55,124 bases of DNA from a virus (Duplodnaviria; Caudoviricetes), in IMG/VR virus record IMGVR_UViG_3300027747_003429, positions 1-55,124 of that record; one strand, given 5' to 3'. The number at the start of each line of letters is the position of its first letter. Within the stretch, counting starts at the first letter, position 1. The notes under the pieces were generated by a model. The model was not told the origin of the DNA. It did no database searches and saw nothing but the letters and a program-made list of their open reading frames with translations. Position numbers and translations under genes: made by a program. This document shows positions 9,582-18,025 of the stretch, one piece after another.

Positions 9582-10862
9582 TCAACCTGTAAATATAGCT
9601 AATGGAACTTTCTCAATTGTCTTCTGGACATTTTCAGTAATACCGGCAGTTTGTTCTGCTAGTTTATCGTATGTCATCTCAGCTAGGATTGTCTTCATCT
9701 CTTCTCTCAAAGCTGCCATTTCTTCTTTTGCTTGCGATAAAAGGGCATCGGCGTTCAATGTGACATTTTCACCTGGAATTGGAACTGTGCTAAATTTACC
9801 ACGAATTTGTCCAAGCATTTCTTTACAGATTGCGAGAGCAAAACGACGAATCCACTGCTTACCAATTGAGTTGATGTTTTCATAAGGTATATTAGCAAAT
9901 GGTAATGTATTCATATTATTTACACCATTTGCTCTATCACTTTGCGAAGAAGCTGACCCGCTTGGACCAGCATCACCATAATCGAATGGACCTTGTGGAA
10001 TTGTAAATTCAATCCAAATGTTTCTAAGATCCATTAATGCTGGAGCTGGAAACATTCTTATTTTGTTATTTCTAATCTCATAAGAATAATGAGAGATACG
10101 AGTATAAATATTGTCTTCATAAGCCATTGCCTGCATTTTATTATGCCAAGCCGGAATTACTTCAAATGTGCTATCATCAGCATATTGACCATAGGTGCTT
10201 AAATTACCTACGGTATTTATACCACCGTAATAACCATAAAATCTCCACATTGCTCTTGGTGATTTGTAATATACTTTTTTAACTTCTACTTTCTTATCAA
10301 TCAAGCCAGCAAAAGGACAGCCGGGTTGCTGACTGGCTGTAACTAATGCTTTTTGAATATCATAATCTTGTTGTTCTTCGATAATTGGTATAGAAGCGGA
10401 GAATACTGTTAAGTTACCACCAACGGCAACCATCTCCGACGTTTTGGTCATAACTTCTTTCGCATAACCGATATCAAAAGATGGTAGCATTAATTGTGGA
10501 TTTTGACCAGAAAGAGTACTGCCACTAGCAAATTCGCCATCACTATTAAAAGTGCCTGTTGGAGCACCAAGAGCACTAGCCATTACGTTTCTTGATTGGT
10601 GAACGTTAATAATATAACTGTATTCTAAAACAGCCGATTCGTATGCCGCATAAACGTTTTGTTCAGTTAATTCAATATCTAAAACATCGCCACCTAACAT
10701 TTTGTAGGTATAGGCAACCTGATCAACAGCGCCAGTTACGAAATCAGCATTACTGGCATAAACACCGAATGGTAAACTAGCAGTAACACGACTTAATGTG
10801 CCAACCGCTGGTAATACAATTGCGCTTATTTGACTTTTTGGTGCTAATACAGGTAATGCCAT
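9582..10862 (-). CDS. Neck/head-tail adaptor protein (gp13-like)
   Basis: LGGDVLDIEL, QWIRRFALAICKEMLGQIRGKF, VTLNADALL; ends IFTG. Confidence 0.7.
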   Translation of the reverse strand: MALPVLAPKSQISAIVLPAVGTLSRVTASLPFGVYASNADFVTGAVDQVAYTYKMLGGDVLDIELTEQNVYAAYESAVLEYSYIINVHQSRNVMASALGAPTGTFNSDGEFASGSTLSGQNPQLMLPSFDIGYAKEVMTKTSEMVAVGGNLTVFSASIPIIEEQQDYDIQKALVTASQQPGCPFAGLIDKKVEVKKVYYKSPRAMWRFYGYYGGINTVGNLSTYGQYADDSTFEVIPAWHNKMQAMAYEDNIYTRISHYSYEIRNNKIRMFPAPALMDLRNIWIEFTIPQGPFDYGDAGPSGSASSQSDRANGVNNMNTLPFANIPYENINSIGKQWIRRFALAICKEMLGQIRGKFSTVPIPGENVTLNADALLSQAKEEMAALREEMKTILAEMTYDKLAEQTAGITENVQKTIEKVPLAIFTG

Positions 10863-10886
10863 CTCATTATAACTCCTAAGTTATTT

Positions 10887-10896
10887 AATAAATAGT
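10887..10896 (-). promoter_or_regulatory. Late promoter motif ACTATTTATT (neck)
   Basis: Recurrent motif just after a terminator. Confidence 0.65.
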
Positions 10897-10917
10897 TCCT
10901 ATATATGTCTTAATCAA

Positions 10918-10948
10918 AATAAGAAACCCGCCATTTCTGGCGGGTTTT
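10918..10948 (-). terminator. Intrinsic terminator (GAAA loop)
   Basis: AAACCCGCCA-GAAA-TGGCGGGTTTCTTATT on the minus strand. Confidence 0.8.
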
Positions 10949-10953
10949 GTTAT

Positions 10954-11634
10954 TTATAATGCACCTGGTGGTGTAAAATTGGTTGTATATCTTCCAGTAC
11001 CTTTAGTTATTCTTAAATCATCAATATATCCACTAAAATCTGCCAAATTACCTTTTCCTATTCTAAATCCATCCAAGCCAGGATTTGAATATGTGTAATT
11101 TTTTATATCTGTAAATGAATTTTGTAATATTCCATCAAAATATATTTTTACATTATTTGAATTTCTACTAATAGCTACATGATGCCATTTATTATCTAAA
11201 ATAGAAGAACATGAAACAGCCCATAAATTTGTTGAATTATAAGAATCATTCCATCTTAAATCAGAATTTTGTATTAGCAATCCCCAAAATGTACCACCAG
11301 ATAACTTTGCTGGGTTCATTATATTTCCATTGGATGAACTTGATTTTATCCAAAACTCAACTGTAAAATCTCCTGTTCCAAATGCAAAAGCAGAACTGGT
11401 AGAAGAGTCAATGTCCAAATAATCTCCATTTCCATCAAAATATAAACTTGAACCACCAAATTTGCTTTGAGCGGTGTTTATTACAGCATTTCCATTTGCT
11501 GTTACAAAAAAATTGTTATTACTACTGTCAACAATATTTGTACTACCATTTGTTGCATTACCTTTTAATAGCAATGTAACATTTGTAAAATATGGTTCTG
11601 AATTTTCTGCTTGTGATTCACTATAAAAAAACAT
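10954..11634 (-). CDS. LamG/concanavalin A-like lectin-domain virion protein
   Basis: SSLYFDG, DFTVEFW, WHHVAISR, GYIDDLRIT, YTTNFTPP motifs; AGGAG SD. Confidence 0.8.
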   Translation of the reverse strand: MFFYSESQAENSEPYFTNVTLLLKGNATNGSTNIVDSSNNNFFVTANGNAVINTAQSKFGGSSLYFDGNGDYLDIDSSTSSAFAFGTGDFTVEFWIKSSSSNGNIMNPAKLSGGTFWGLLIQNSDLRWNDSYNSTNLWAVSCSSILDNKWHHVAISRNSNNVKIYFDGILQNSFTDIKNYTYSNPGLDGFRIGKGNLADFSGYIDDLRITKGTGRYTTNFTPPGAL

Positions 11635-11672
11635 TATAATATCTCCTGTTCAAAGTTGAACTTAATAATAGA

Positions 11673-11682
11673 TATAATTAGT
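11673..11682 (-). promoter_or_regulatory. Late promoter motif ACTAATTATA
   Basis: Recurrent motif just after a terminator. Confidence 0.6.
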
Positions 11683-11694
11683 TTTAATAATTTT

Positions 11695-11726
11695 AAAAAA
11701 GAAACCCACCATTGCTGGCGGGTTCT
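11695..11726 (-). terminator. Intrinsic terminator (GCAA loop)
   Basis: AACCCGCCA-GCAA-TGGTGGGTTTCTTTTTT on the minus strand; near copy of the terminator at 10918. Confidence 0.8.
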
Positions 11727-11737
11727 TTGTGTATCTA

Positions 11738-14038
11738 TTATAATGAACCGGGCGGAGTAAAGTTAGCAGTATATAATGCGACATTTTTGGTGATTCTAAA
11801 ATCATCTAGATATCCTTTATACCAGCCTTGTGGACCATACGTTGAAGCATCTTGCCAGTATCCACCTATTGTTGGTGCGTGTGATGGATCAGAATCAAAC
11901 GAACGTGTCCAACCAGTAATTGTATTTTCCAAGACACCATTAAGGAAGATTCTTATAGTAGAATTCTGTCTTGTAATTGCTATATGACTCCAAGTACCAA
12001 ATGGAATATTGGAAACTGTATTATATTGTAAATTTGCTACTCTATGATAAAAGCCAAATTTTCCATTAGAAAATCTAAATAGATATCTGTTTGTAGCACT
12101 TGTTGTGGCGCCATAGCTTGCATATATTATTTTACTTGTTAAACTGGATGAAATTGGATTACACCAGAATTCAAGAGTCCAATCGGAATTACCGAGATTT
12201 AATGGAGGATAGTTAACAGCGGAACCGGTTCCAACGTTCAACAAATCAGTAGAACCATTAAAATACAAGCTTGAACTACCATACTTACTTTGGTTAGAAC
12301 TAATGCTGGCACTTCCTACGGTAGTAACAAGAACACCATTTGGACCACTATCAGACATGTATATCTGACCACCAAGTCCGTATGTATAGGCATCACCTTT
12401 TAGTAAAACAGAAGTATCACCATAATATACTGGCATACCATCGCCACTTATATTTATTGATTTATTCGTGCCTCCGGAGGAACTTAATGTTAGAACTGCT
12501 GATTTAGAACCGGTTGTTGTTGGCGCAAATGTGCCAGAAATTGTTTGCGTACCACCGGCTGTTATATTAAACGAGCTTGGAGAGAAGCTAAATTGATTTG
12601 AATTATTACTTAATGTGACTGCTTCTGTTCCACCTAAACCACTTGCTGCTACAGTAAATGTATTTGAACTGGTTTTATTGATTTCGGTTTGCGCAAAATT
12701 TAGAGCACCAATACTAAATCCTATTTCAAGTGGTCTATAAATACCAGAACCTGTTAATGAAACATTCTTAACGCTACCGCCAGATGAAGATAACGTTAAT
12801 AAGCCAAGTTTAGAACCAGTTGAATTTGGTGTAAAGTATGTTGTAACCAACTGATTTGAGCCACCAGTTAAACTAAACGAACTTGGTGAAAAATCAAACT
12901 GATTAGAATTATCACTTAATACAACGGTTTCAACCGCACCGACTCCTCCGGCGGAAACCGTGAGTGTTGCTGATGAAGTTTCATTAACATAACCATTTCC
13001 AAAATTAATTTGTCCAACACTTGAAGTTAATACAAGTGCTCTATAAATACCAGAACCTGTTAAGGCAATATTCTTTGTGCTTCCACCAGATGAACTCAAA
13101 GTCAAAGTAGCATTCTTTGTGCCTGAACTACTTGGTGTAAATTTAGCAGTAACAGTTTGGCTTGAACCACCACCGATCAAACTAAATGAACTTGGCGAGA
13201 AATCAAACTGATTAGAATTATCACTTAATGTAACAGTTTCTATTCCGCCAATACCGCCGGCTGATACTGTAAATGTTGCTGATGCTGTTTCATTAACATA
13301 TCCACTACCAATATTAAGACCGTTAACGCTTGAAGTTAATACAAGTGGTCTATACAGAGCAGAACCATTTAGTGATACGTGCGCCACATCACCACCGCTA
13401 GCTGATAATGTTAATAAGCCAAGCTTTGAACCACCGGAAGTTGGTGTAAAGTATACTGTGACAGCTTGTGTTTGATTTGTTCCAGTCATACTAAATGAGC
13501 TTGGTGAGAAATCAAATTGATCTGAATCATCAGCAAGGAGCACTATATCTTGAACTCGGCCACCAGCAGAAACTGTAAATGTCGCACTCGATGTTTCATT
13601 TACGTAGGCACTGCCAAGATCAAGTATTCCAGCACTTGAAGTTATTATAAGTGGGTCAGCAACACATGTAGCGGCCAAACTTATTTTTTTTGTACTACCA
13701 CCGACGGCTGATACAAAAATACTGCCTGTTTTTATACCCCAGCTTGTAGGATTAAATGTTACAGTAATAACTTGATTTGTAACACCAGGAGTCATCGTAA
13801 AAGATGATGGCGAAAAACTAAACTGATCAGTATCGCCTACTAGTGTTACTGGTTCTATTGAAATTATATTTGGCGCTGCGCCGGCAGTTAAAACAAACGT
13901 TGCTTGACTGCTGGAGCCAATACCGACTGAATCAAGAGCCAAAGAATTCTTGCTTGACGTTAATGCCAGCATTACAAAACTTTGAGTATTATAGTTTTGT
14001 TGCTGTGAATTATCATCTGGTTCTGCGTAAAAAAACAT
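11738..14038 (-). CDS. Ig-like (ASH/Cep192-type) repeat plus LamG-domain virion protein, Hoc-like decoration candidate
   Basis: Five ~105-aa repeats (QFxFSPSSF...V.F.P...G.K...L.LSxSGG) then a LamG domain ending YTANFTPPGSL; directly downstream of the major capsid gene. Confidence 0.7.
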   Translation of the reverse strand: MFFYAEPDDNSQQQNYNTQSFVMLALTSSKNSLALDSVGIGSSSQATFVLTAGAAPNIISIEPVTLVGDTDQFSFSPSSFTMTPGVTNQVITVTFNPTSWGIKTGSIFVSAVGGSTKKISLAATCVADPLIITSSAGILDLGSAYVNETSSATFTVSAGGRVQDIVLLADDSDQFDFSPSSFSMTGTNQTQAVTVYFTPTSGGSKLGLLTLSASGGDVAHVSLNGSALYRPLVLTSSVNGLNIGSGYVNETASATFTVSAGGIGGIETVTLSDNSNQFDFSPSSFSLIGGGSSQTVTAKFTPSSSGTKNATLTLSSSGGSTKNIALTGSGIYRALVLTSSVGQINFGNGYVNETSSATLTVSAGGVGAVETVVLSDNSNQFDFSPSSFSLTGGSNQLVTTYFTPNSTGSKLGLLTLSSSGGSVKNVSLTGSGIYRPLEIGFSIGALNFAQTEINKTSSNTFTVAASGLGGTEAVTLSNNSNQFSFSPSSFNITAGGTQTISGTFAPTTTGSKSAVLTLSSSGGTNKSINISGDGMPVYYGDTSVLLKGDAYTYGLGGQIYMSDSGPNGVLVTTVGSASISSNQSKYGSSSLYFNGSTDLLNVGTGSAVNYPPLNLGNSDWTLEFWCNPISSSLTSKIIYASYGATTSATNRYLFRFSNGKFGFYHRVANLQYNTVSNIPFGTWSHIAITRQNSTIRIFLNGVLENTITGWTRSFDSDPSHAPTIGGYWQDASTYGPQGWYKGYLDDFRITKNVALYTANFTPPGSL

Positions 14039-14066
14039 TTTTTAATCCTCCAAGATTAAGTTACGT

Positions 14067-14076
14067 AATAAATAGT
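14067..14076 (-). promoter_or_regulatory. Late promoter motif ACTATTTATT
   Basis: Recurrent motif just after the MCP terminator. Confidence 0.65.
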
Positions 14077-14090
14077 TTCAAATACTCTTA

Positions 14091-14118
14091 AAAAGAAAAT
14101 GCCCGCTTTCGCGGGCAC
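14091..14118 (-). terminator. Intrinsic terminator after the major capsid gene
   Basis: GTGCCCGC-GAAA-GCGGGCATTTTCTTTT on the minus strand. Confidence 0.8.
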
Positions 14119-14151
14119 TCTCTATCTGGCTTTATGCTGCCAGTTTAGTTA

Positions 14152-15876
14152 TCAACCCAAGAGGTCTTCAACGACAACTAGGCCGAACATGTCTGGACGA
14201 ACCATCTTCTTAGCGTAACGGGTCATAACGCCCTTACGTGGTACGAAGTCTTCTGTACCGAAAATGGTTGGTGTGACTTGGAGTGGTACGTATGGAGCGT
14301 AGACATAGCCACTTTCCAAGAATTGTGTACCACGACGACCAACTAGCAACAAGTTGCGTGGGAAGTATGGGTCAACCATGACGTCCCATTTCTTGCTGAG
14401 TGAGCCGACCTTAACAGCACCAGCTGTGCCCTTGGCTTCATCTGGAACAACACCTGAAGCACGGAAGCCAGCAGTCATTTCGAGGATACTGGCAACTTCT
14501 GGTGAAGTTACGATGAAGTTAGCACCACCACGTAGTGTCTTACGGTGGATTTGAGCACTTAGGTCGTTAACGGTTTCGAGTAGTGTTTCGTACCACATTG
14601 AAACGTTACCGGTGAAGTCAGCACCCAATTGTAGTTCATTGGCTGTGCCGCCGTTAATTGGAGCGCCAGTTGCTTTGTTTAGGAAGCGACCTGGACGACG
14701 TGACCAGTGGTAAACACCGGCTGTAGCACCTTTAACGAGGTCTTCTAGAACTTCTTGATCAATTTCAAGAGCGATGTGTTCGCTCATGATGCTTGTCAAT
14801 TCAACTTCGGCATCGAGGTTGTGGTAAGCATTTAGATCTTGACCGAGTTCTGGTGTCCACTTGACTTTGAGCTTCTTGGTTTTGGCGCTGACTGATACTG
14901 AATCGATCTTGACGTCGATTTCTGGAATATCAGCATTACCTTCAAGTGCCCATTGTGCTGTACCACGGATTGAACCGAGGCCACTTGATACCAAGTGATC
15001 GTCAGCTGGGAAGGTGACGGTCTTTGTACCGGTTGTTAGTTCTGTTAGTAGAGCACCGACAACGCCTAGACTGTTTGCTTTAAATACTAGACGTAAGTGG
15101 GTGTATAAGTCACCAGCTGCATTAGCACCGGTGGAATCGCACTTGGCTGTCAAACGACGAACTTGTGTACCATTTGTGACTGCGCTTGAAACTTTAACAG
15201 CGACTAGATCGCTTCTGTTAAGAGGAGCACCACCAGCTTCTAGTGAAGCTACTGGAACAACAACGACGACACAGGCATCAGAACCTGAAACTAGGTCTGG
15301 GTCAAAACGTAGAGCGCGATCCAGATCTGGATCGGCACCAACTGTATTACCGCCACCGACGAATGTGGCAGATGATAGTGAGGCAGTGACTGAACCAGTG
15401 GCACTGCTGTAACCGTTGTTCAAGCTGTAGAATGATTTTTCAAGGTTTTTACCTGTCAAATCAACGCCGCCTGTGATTTGGCTAGCTAGACGACCACCAC
15501 CGAATACTGAATCACCAGCTTCTGAACCTAAACGACTGCCACTGACTTTGAAGTCGAGGAAGAAGATTAGACCGCTTGGTAGACTCATTGGTTGAACTGA
15601 AACGAGTTCGTTAGCAATTAAGCTACCGAATACACGACGAACGATTGGGAATGCTACGGCAGCGAAACCTTCGACGTCACCAGCACTCATGGCACTACTT
15701 TCTTTGAGTAGTTGCTTGGCTTGGTTTTCTAGTAGAACGGCCATACCGTTCTTTTGACTTTCATCTTTTAGACCTTCTAATAGACCGGTCTTTTCCCACT
15801 TAGCACGTAGAGCGGCACCTTCTTTTGAAAGGTCACGGTCAACGATATTTTCTGTTAAACGCTTCAAAATTGACAT
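14152..15876 (-). CDS. gp23: Major capsid protein (T4 gp23-like)
   Basis: KWEKTGLLEGL, LLENQ, VQPMSLPSGLIF, ELGQDLNAYH.LDAE.EL, YAPYVPL, PRKGVMTRY; AGGAG SD; biased codon use. Confidence 0.95.
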   Translation of the reverse strand: MSILKRLTENIVDRDLSKEGAALRAKWEKTGLLEGLKDESQKNGMAVLLENQAKQLLKESSAMSAGDVEGFAAVAFPIVRRVFGSLIANELVSVQPMSLPSGLIFFLDFKVSGSRLGSEAGDSVFGGGRLASQITGGVDLTGKNLEKSFYSLNNGYSSATGSVTASLSSATFVGGGNTVGADPDLDRALRFDPDLVSGSDACVVVVVPVASLEAGGAPLNRSDLVAVKVSSAVTNGTQVRRLTAKCDSTGANAAGDLYTHLRLVFKANSLGVVGALLTELTTGTKTVTFPADDHLVSSGLGSIRGTAQWALEGNADIPEIDVKIDSVSVSAKTKKLKVKWTPELGQDLNAYHNLDAEVELTSIMSEHIALEIDQEVLEDLVKGATAGVYHWSRRPGRFLNKATGAPINGGTANELQLGADFTGNVSMWYETLLETVNDLSAQIHRKTLRGGANFIVTSPEVASILEMTAGFRASGVVPDEAKGTAGAVKVGSLSKKWDVMVDPYFPRNLLLVGRRGTQFLESGYVYAPYVPLQVTPTIFGTEDFVPRKGVMTRYAKKMVRPDMFGLVVVEDLLG

Positions 15877-15904
15877 TGTAATTCTCCTTAAATGAATTTA
15901 AATA

Positions 15905-17257
15905 CTATTTCTTGATACCGGCAAGCTTGCTCCATCTATCAAAAGCTGGAGTATTTGCTGGTTCTTCTTTTTCACGTGAACGAATACTAAAACCGCTATT
16001 TCTTGTAACAGCTTCGCTAAGTGATTTTGGTTTGCTAGTTTTAGCTGAACCCACTGTGCTTTGAAGTGTTTCAAATATGATTTTAACTTCGTCAACAGAA
16101 TCAGCTTTGGAAATAGCTTCGACAATTGTAGATTTTTGTCGCTCATTCAAGGAGACGCTACTTAATGCTTGATTCTTGTAATATAACTTAGCATTTTGAA
16201 CATTGATTTGTTCAATCTGCTTTGCAAATTCTAATGCACTTGCTTGCATTTCTTGATGTTCTTTACGCAAACGTGCATTTTCTTCTGTTAGAAGTCTGTT
16301 CTGTGATTGAACTTTTTTATGTTCTTCTAACAGTTGTGAAGTCTTTTCTGCTAATACGCGAGCTTCGTTTAATTGTGTCTTTGAAGCTTGTGGCTTCTTG
16401 CTTTCGCGTAATTGGCTTGACATTAGTTCTTTTGCTATTTTAGCAGCAATTGAAGCAATTTGTTCATCTGATTTTGTATCTTTTATTGCTTCTATGGCAA
16501 CATCACCATCAATTTGGACTTTTTCTGAACTTAGACGATCTGTATAACGACCATCTTCTTGTAGTTCTTCTTCTTGTTTTTGTTGTTTCTTACCGGCACG
16601 TAGAGCAGCAAAATCAGCGGCTGTTAATTTGCCTTTTGGTTCAGCAACATCTAATTTCTTTTGGCCTGGTGTCAATTCTTCTTCCCATTTTGCTTCTTTG
16701 AAAAGATCTTCGTCTTCAAGAAGGCTGTTGATCAATTCTTCGTCAAGTTCAATTTCTTCATCAACAATTTGTTCTTGAAGTGCTGGCTCAGTTTCCTCTT
16801 CTTTTGGTGGAACTTCTGGGGCAACATTAGCATTGACGTCTGGAGCTACTGTGGCTTCTTCTGCTGGTGTCATTGGGGCAGCTAATGGTTGTGACATATC
16901 ATTTGACATACCACTTCCTGAATCAACTGATGACATAGCTTTTTGTAAATCAGCAAAATCGATTTCGATTACTTTTTGATTATCTGGGCATGGGCATAGA
17001 TCCATACCATTTGTGGCAGCCATTGGTATTTGACCATCTAGTGAGCCGACGGCCTGTGGAACAGCAGAAGGATCACCTGAAAGTGCGTCCATATCTGGAT
17101 CCAACATTGCTTCATCTTCTTGTTCTAAGAGAAGACTTTCTAGTGCTTTTTTAACTTCTGGATTGTATTTTTCCAACACAGCTTCTTGGGCACTTTTTAA
17201 AGCAGCTTCTTTAAGTGCTTTTGCATCAACAATTGCTTCTTCTAACAAATTTGACAT
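15905..17257 (-). CDS. Prohead core scaffold protein
   Basis: Acidic and coiled-coil, many L/I-x-E sites, ends LAGIKK; immediately upstream of the MCP gene. Confidence 0.75.
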   Translation of the reverse strand: MSNLLEEAIVDAKALKEAALKSAQEAVLEKYNPEVKKALESLLLEQEDEAMLDPDMDALSGDPSAVPQAVGSLDGQIPMAATNGMDLCPCPDNQKVIEIDFADLQKAMSSVDSGSGMSNDMSQPLAAPMTPAEEATVAPDVNANVAPEVPPKEEETEPALQEQIVDEEIELDEELINSLLEDEDLFKEAKWEEELTPGQKKLDVAEPKGKLTAADFAALRAGKKQQKQEEELQEDGRYTDRLSSEKVQIDGDVAIEAIKDTKSDEQIASIAAKIAKELMSSQLRESKKPQASKTQLNEARVLAEKTSQLLEEHKKVQSQNRLLTEENARLRKEHQEMQASALEFAKQIEQINVQNAKLYYKNQALSSVSLNERQKSTIVEAISKADSVDEVKIIFETLQSTVGSAKTSKPKSLSEAVTRNSGFSIRSREKEEPANTPAFDRWSKLAGIKK

Positions 17258-17297
17258 TATCTTCTCCCAAATTCAAAAAATAAATATAGATTTTCAA

Positions 17298-17307
17298 TAT
17301 AACTAGT
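17298..17307 (-). promoter_or_regulatory. Late promoter motif ACTAGTTATA (scaffold-MCP operon)
   Basis: Recurrent motif upstream of the scaffold gene. Confidence 0.6.
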
Positions 17308-17360
17308 AGTGTAGTTTCACAAAATGCCGTTTAATGCTTATTAATCATACATTTTCTGAA

Positions 17361-17912
17361 TCAAGATTTGTTAATCATACACTTTATTAAATTACTGACA
17401 CCAGTTGCGTCTTCAAGAGCCTGACCAATAATAATTCCGGTCAAATCTCTTTTGAATCCCCAACGCTTTGTCTTGACAGCTTTTGCGTGACCGGGTATAT
17501 TGCTTGTACAAATAAAATCACCACGTTTTACATCACCTGTAACAAGCACTTTTTCTGCTCCAAAAACAACCGGCTCACTTTTATTGTCTTTTGCGACACC
17601 CATAACTAATGAATCTTCTTCTTTTGAACACGGCTCTAAACCATTTTCGCCCCACACAAGAACAGTTCCATCAACACATTCCGAAATAGAAGGTGTTGAA
17701 AGACCATATTCGAATATAGCACCAACAGTTGTTTGTAGAGCATAAATATCCTTCCAACGAGCAGTAGGACTACCCAATTCAGTAATACCATTTCCGTTTG
17801 GAGACAAATTACCAGTTATTGCCACAGAGCCACTAAAGCTTACTGTTCCATTATCTAATAACTTGTGAATTACGGTGGTGCCTTTATGTACGGCAATACC
17901 TTTAGATGCCAT
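17361..17912 (-). CDS. Short fibre protein with peptidase-G2-like intramolecular chaperone domain
   Basis: LGSPTARWKDIY then V.GDVKRGDFICTS..PGHA...G.IIGQALE pattern; N-terminus shared with the upstream fibre. Confidence 0.5.
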   Translation of the reverse strand: MASKGIAVHKGTTVIHKLLDNGTVSFSGSVAITGNLSPNGNGITELGSPTARWKDIYALQTTVGAIFEYGLSTPSISECVDGTVLVWGENGLEPCSKEEDSLVMGVAKDNKSEPVVFGAEKVLVTGDVKRGDFICTSNIPGHAKAVKTKRWGFKRDLTGIIIGQALEDATGVSNLIKCMINKS

Positions 17913-17970
17913 TATTAACCTCTACAATACTATAAATATTGCTATATCATAAAAAAAGCAATATTTAAGC

Positions 17971-18002
17971 AAAAAAAGAAGGGCTGACCAGCAGCCCTTC
18001 TT
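17971..18002 (-). terminator. Intrinsic terminator
   Basis: AAGAAGGGCTG/CAGCCCTTCTT stem followed by a T-run on the minus strand. Confidence 0.75.
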
Positions 18003-18025
18003 AAACCAACCTAAATTAGTTTAAA

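Noticed and set aside
10954-12420. Diversity-generating retroelement TR/VR pair in the two LamG 3' ends
   Set aside because: Differences are general divergence rather than adenine-specific, and no reverse transcriptase is in the window.
15898-16146. Alternative-frame minus-strand ORFs (also 5511-5816, 24763-25191, 31415-31627, 34774-35010, 37604-37912)
   Set aside because: Nested in strongly supported genes with no SD or motif support.
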